Below are positions 59,808-64,000 of a stretch of 64,000 nucleotides of DNA, in pieces. The DNA lies in assembly GCA_003971905.1 (NCBI GenBank), contig RSEE01000057.1, forward strand, positions 186,001 through 250,000, written 5' to 3'. The DNA is from Moniliella sp. 'wahieum' (lineage: Eukaryota). The stretch's first letter is position 1; every line of letters starts with the position of its first letter. The notes under the pieces are model-generated. The model saw nothing but the letters and a program-made list of their open reading frames with translations. It was not told where the DNA came from and ran no database searches. A program made the position numbers and the translations under genes.

Positions 59808-62094
59808 ATGCCACCACCGCCTGCGCCTCCCCCCACCTTCCGTCCCGGGGCTCCGCGCGCACACGCGCCCCGCTCTGGCTTCCGCCGCCCGCGCCGCCGC
59901 CCCCTCCTCTGGCGCTCCCGTGGCGACGCGTGCACACACCCCGTCCAGGTCGCCGGCCTGTGTGCCGTGTGCGGCCAGGAGCTCGACCCGGCCGGGCTGA
60001 GCCAGACGTCGATCGCCATGGCCCACAGCAGCGCCGGCATCAAGGTCAGCCGCTCCGAGGCCAAGCGGCTCGACACCGAGGCCACCCAGCAGCTGCTCGA
60101 CCAGCGCCGCCTGGCTCTCATCATCGACCTCGACCAGACCGTCATCCACGCCACTGTCGACCCTACCGTAGGCGAATGGATGGGCGACCCGACCAACCCC
60201 AACTACCCCCTCTCGAAGGCGTGGGTCGGTTTAAGCTGGCCAGCGATGGCCACACCGTCCTGCGCGTCGAGCCCTACTCGATTCTCGCCGCCCGGGCCCA
60301 GCGCCACGTCTCCGGCCACACTCCGCGCACATCCATGCCTCTGACTCCAACTCGGGCACCGACGACGAGTGGGACGATGGCCCCGAGGAATGCTGGTACT
60401 ATGTAAAGCCTCGCAAGGGCCTCCAGTCTTTTCTCTCCGCCATGGCGAAAAAGTACGAGCTACACGTGTACACGATGGGCACGCGCTCCTACGCCGACTG
60501 CGTGTGCCAACTAGTCGACCCCACCGGCACGCTCTTCGGGGCTCGCATCCTCTCCCGTGACGAAAACGGAACGATGTTGCAAAAGTCGCTTTCCCGCCTG
60601 TTTCCTATGGACACGAGCATGGTTGTCGTTATTGACGACCGGGCCGATGTATGGAAGTGGAGTCCCAACTTGGTCAAGGTGATCCCGTACGAATTCTTTG
60701 TTGGCATTGGCGACATTAATGCCTCCTTCCTTCCCCCGGCCCCTGGCACTGCGGACCAACAGGACGACGATGTGACGGACGAAGAGACTGAGCCGCATCC
60801 TGAGCAGACCGCGGAGACAACGACCAATCCTGATTCTGCGCCTGTGCCTGTACCTGTGCCTGCTCCTGAGGAGGAAGGTGCAGATGACGGGGTAGACGAG
60901 AATGCGCCAGAGAAAGCGGTGCAAGCGGCCCTTGTGGCGCAGATGGACGACCGCCCCTTGGCTAAGATGCAGCATGCACTCGAGCAAGATCGGACCGAGC
61001 CAACTCATGAGACAGCGTCACTGAGTCAGATGGAGGTGACGCCGAGTGGGCAGGCGTTGCAAGAGGGGGATAAGTTTGGTCTTGGTCTTGGCTTGGTGGA
61101 GGCGGAGGATTTGCAAGAACAAGATGCCGAGGCTGAACATGACTCGGATTCGGATTTGGTTCGGCCCCGTGTGCTAAGGGACGACGATGAGGAGCTACCG
61201 AGAGTGGCCGAGGTGCTAGGATCGATCCATGCTGCGTGGTATGCGCAATGGGATGCCACCCACCACGTCCCTGGCGGGACGGAAGGCAAACCCCAAGTGG
61301 AGGAAATCATTGCCGGGATTAAGGCGCGTGTCTTGGACGGCTGCACCATCGTTTTCAGCGGAGTCTTCCCTCTCGACACGGACCCGTTTGCTCAACCGCT
61401 CGTGCGTGCCGCGCAAGAATTCGGTGCCCACGTCCAGAGCGAAGTTACGCCGCTTGTCACCCACCTTGTTGCCGCCCGCCCAGGCACCGAAAAGATCCGA
61501 CTAGCCCAACGAGCCGGTGTCCCCCACATTGTCTATCCCGATTGGTTGCATGCCAGTGTGGCCCACTGGACGCGCTTGCCCGAACGGGCGTACAGTCTGC
61601 CGCTTGAGCCCCGTTCCCGTGCCAGCACACCCGCGCCCAATCCTGACTTGTCTATCTCCCACATGGACTGGGGCGTGGCGGCAGATGAGATTGATGCATT
61701 TCTCGAGGATGAGGATGATGAGTCAGAGGAGGAGGAGGAGGAGAGTCGAGCATCGTCGGTAGCTCCCTCGGCGCCTCCACTCTCGCCCAAAGGAGATACA
61801 CCCCTGATCCGGATGAGGCCAGTCTCTCGCCCCTGAGCAAGCGGCGTAAGATGGCTGAGGCACGGAAGGGCCAGTCCAGGCTGAAGCATTCGCTCACCCT
61901 GGATGAGACAGTAGCGGCGGAAGAAGAGGAGGAGGAAGAGCCACGAAGTCGCTCCACGCAGGCCGCCTCTCCGGTTGTACGCCCTGTCGAGCTCAAGTGT
62001 GCGTCCCAGTCGGACCCAGAGCGAAGCAGGGGACAGCGTGGATCTTGATGCGTTTGCAGACGATCTCGAGCTAGAGCTGGAACATGATTTATAG
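59808..62094 (+). CDS. FCP1: RNA polymerase II CTD phosphatase Fcp1 (FCPH + BRCT)
   Basis: CTHPVQVAGLCAVCG; RRLALIIDLDQTVIHAT (DxDxT); YELHVYTMGTRSYA; RILSRDE; MVVVIDDRADVW; YEFFVGIGDIN; BRCT VLDGCTIVFSGVFP...VTHLVAARPGTEK...WL; acidic tail ending DLDAFADDLELELEHDL*. Frameshifts at ~60215-60440, ~61820 and ~61990. Confidence 0.93.
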
Positions 62095-62277
62095 CACGGA
62101 AATCTATGGCGCTGGGTACCTAAGGAGCAGCACTGAAACCGGCTATACGACAGCGAGGATGGGGGCGGGGCGAGGGAAGGTTGATGAGATTCAACCGAAA
62201 TAACCAGGAGCTAGTAGACTGGGCTACCAGGGGGACGCCATGGCGGTTCCAGTCCGCCGTTACCGGCATCCAGCCCA

Positions 62278-63384
62278 TTAGGGCTTGGGCACCTTGAGCG
62301 TCTTGGACACCAGGGCCATAGCCCATGCGAGCCACAAAAGGACATGACGTGAACGGTGGTGTAAAGGTGGGACTGGGTCCAGGCTGTGACGCTGTCCGGG
62401 CTGGGCAGGGCAGGCCATTGGGCCACCTGCGGCACCTTGAGCGCAACCAATGCTTTGACCTGTTCTAGTACCCCAAACAATGCGACCACCACTGGAGCCG
62501 GGTCAAGCTCCACGGTGCCCCCTGGCACAACGGAGAGGCCAAGGGCGCGCTTGCTTTCCCGAGCAGCCTGAGCCGCGGGGGAGGCCAGCGCGCCACACCA
62601 ACCTACAGCATTGGGATTAGGGTCGGTGCCGATGAGGTGGTGGGTAGCCCAGCGGAGCAGACGCGAAGGCTGCTCGGAAAAGAGCTGGGTATGGTGGCTC
62701 TCAATTGGTCCAACTGGCCCAGCATCGACGGCGCCATAGAGCAGCGAAAGGGCCATGCCGCCAACGAGGATGAGCGAGGAGGGAATGGGCAAGCCTTCAA
62801 AGTACTTGGCTTTGCCACTCTTGTCGTGAGGAATGGAGGCGGCAGTAACGTTGAAGCGAGCGAGGCGGGCAATACCGCAGCAGACAAAGATGGTGAGCAC
62901 CATCGAGTCGAGGTAGGTGCGCATCCCCAACGCATACGCCGCAAACGCGGGCGCCATGCCAAAGCTCACCGAGTCCGCCAGCGAATCCAGCTCCTGGCCC
63001 AGAAGGGAGGAGGAGCGGCGCCAGCGCGCGACACGGCCGTCAAGCAAATCGAAGACGGCACCCATGAGTGGGAACCAGAGGGCGTGCCAGGCATGGATGG
63101 GGTCCGAGGTGAGCAAATAGCGGCCCGAGGCAAAAATGCTCTGGGCGCCACAGAAGCCGTTCATGAGAGTAAACGCATCGGCCAGATGGAAGTTGCGGAC
63201 CAAGCTAAAGTGGCCCTCGCGCTCGACAAACTGGACCAACGCGGCGGCAGGAGGGGATGTCTCTTTCTGAGCCTGGCTGGTTTTCTTGGCCGCCTTGGAC
63301 TTGGACTTGGACTTGGACTTGGACTTGGACGGCGTCGCGGGGCCGACGTGGGCGGGGGCGAGGGCAGGCAGAGTTGCGGGCCAT
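62278..63384 (-). CDS. CHO1: CDP-diacylglycerol--serine O-phosphatidyltransferase (phosphatidylserine synthase)
   Basis: HFSLVRNFHLADAFTLMNGFCG; CDP-alcohol phosphotransferase motif DLLDGRVARWRRSSSLLGQELDSLAD; RLARFNVT; YFEGLPIP; corrected C-terminus MALVSKTLKVPKP*. Likely ATG 63384 with a frameshift shortly after; (TCCAAG)n encodes SK repeats. Confidence 0.93.
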
Positions 63385-63633
63385 GGCGAGGAGAGGCGGG
63401 AGGGGGGGCGGAAGACGACGCGAGTGGCGTCCTTTTGGTGCTGGGTGTGGGTCTGGTCTGGTGGGATCTGCCAGAGTTCGCCACCGCTCGTGTCCAGGAG
63501 GAGCTGCTGCGAACACGCCGGGACCCGAGAAGGATTGGCAGGATTGGCGCGCCGCCCCGCCCAGCCAGACCCGCGAGGGGCAGCTGCGGGCGGGGGGGCA
63601 GTGAGCCGGCCGCAACACTGGCGCCGCGCGAGG

Positions 63634-63705
63634 GCACGTGGCAACCCTAACCGCACCGCCTGCCGATCTGCCCACAGCGCCTGTGGGCCTTGCGGTCACG
63701 TGGCC
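63634..63705. promoter_or_regulatory. Two GCCACGTG boxes upstream of CHO1
   Basis: Minus strand reads TGCCACGTGC (63634-63643) and GGCCACGTGA (63696-63705), 250-320 bp upstream of the likely start. Confidence 0.3.
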
Positions 63706-64000
63706 GGCCGCATCCCGCCGCGCGGAGCCACCGGCTGTGGACGGCGCAGGGGCCAGGCGGGCACGGGGCTAGTGCTGGGACGCATCCACCAACACTGCCC
63801 CCCTCCTGCGAGGCTGCTGGGTTGTGGGGCTCATACGTATCGCTCATACATCAGACAACGCGTGTCGGGCACTGCCGCTATATATATTTGTACCCCTTAT
63901 TCTTGTCCTCCACTTGGGCTGGCTTCGGGCAACATGGTTTGTAGTTGAGCCTGATAGAGTCTGTTGTTCTAAGAGTTGCCATACCTCGCAACATCCAGTG

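Noticed and set aside
1..64000. Biosynthetic gene cluster, mating-type locus or mass pseudogenisation
   Set aside because: Genes are functionally unrelated housekeeping and signalling genes; no PKS/NRPS/terpene synthase, homeodomain or pheromone receptor seen; the frameshift pattern fits sequencing error.

Overview
Eukaryotic, GC-rich fungal genomic DNA, most likely a basidiomycete (possibly Ustilaginomycotina). This is inferred from intron-poor genes, short GTAYGT...CTRAC...YAG introns and protein families, not from a database search. About 18 protein-coding genes are readable: a SABATH-like methyltransferase, OST4, PKA catalytic subunit, a Pho80/Pcl-type cyclin, SIP5, a degenerate mitochondrial DEAD-box protein, PDX1, malic enzyme, phospholipase D, eIF4AIII/FAL1, ERO1, a GPI-type pepsin, an ABC-F ATPase, a Kin4-like kinase, FCP1, CHO1 and two hypotheticals. 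There is also a tRNA-Thr(AGT) and a weak orphan spliced gene candidate. Nearly every gene carries single-base frameshifts, usually at homopolymer runs, which most plausibly reflects unpolished long-read assembly, so gene boundaries are approximate. The most unusual signal is non-coding. Intergenic DNA is filled with a family of 7-bp periodic repeats following one rule: T-N-A followed by a 4-bp palindrome (AGCT, ACGT, CATG, CTAG, GTAC, GATC, TCGA, TGCA, CCGG, GGCC, less often CGCG/GCGC). In some arrays the core changes while the 7-bp register is kept. Large clusters lie at about 9.2-11.2, 15.4-17.1 and 56.6-58.3 kb, with small ones upstream of many genes. Other points of interest are a catalytically degenerate Mss116-like helicase, an in-frame GC-AG intron splitting the first PLD HKD motif, and a tandemly duplicated N-terminal domain on the ABC-F protein.
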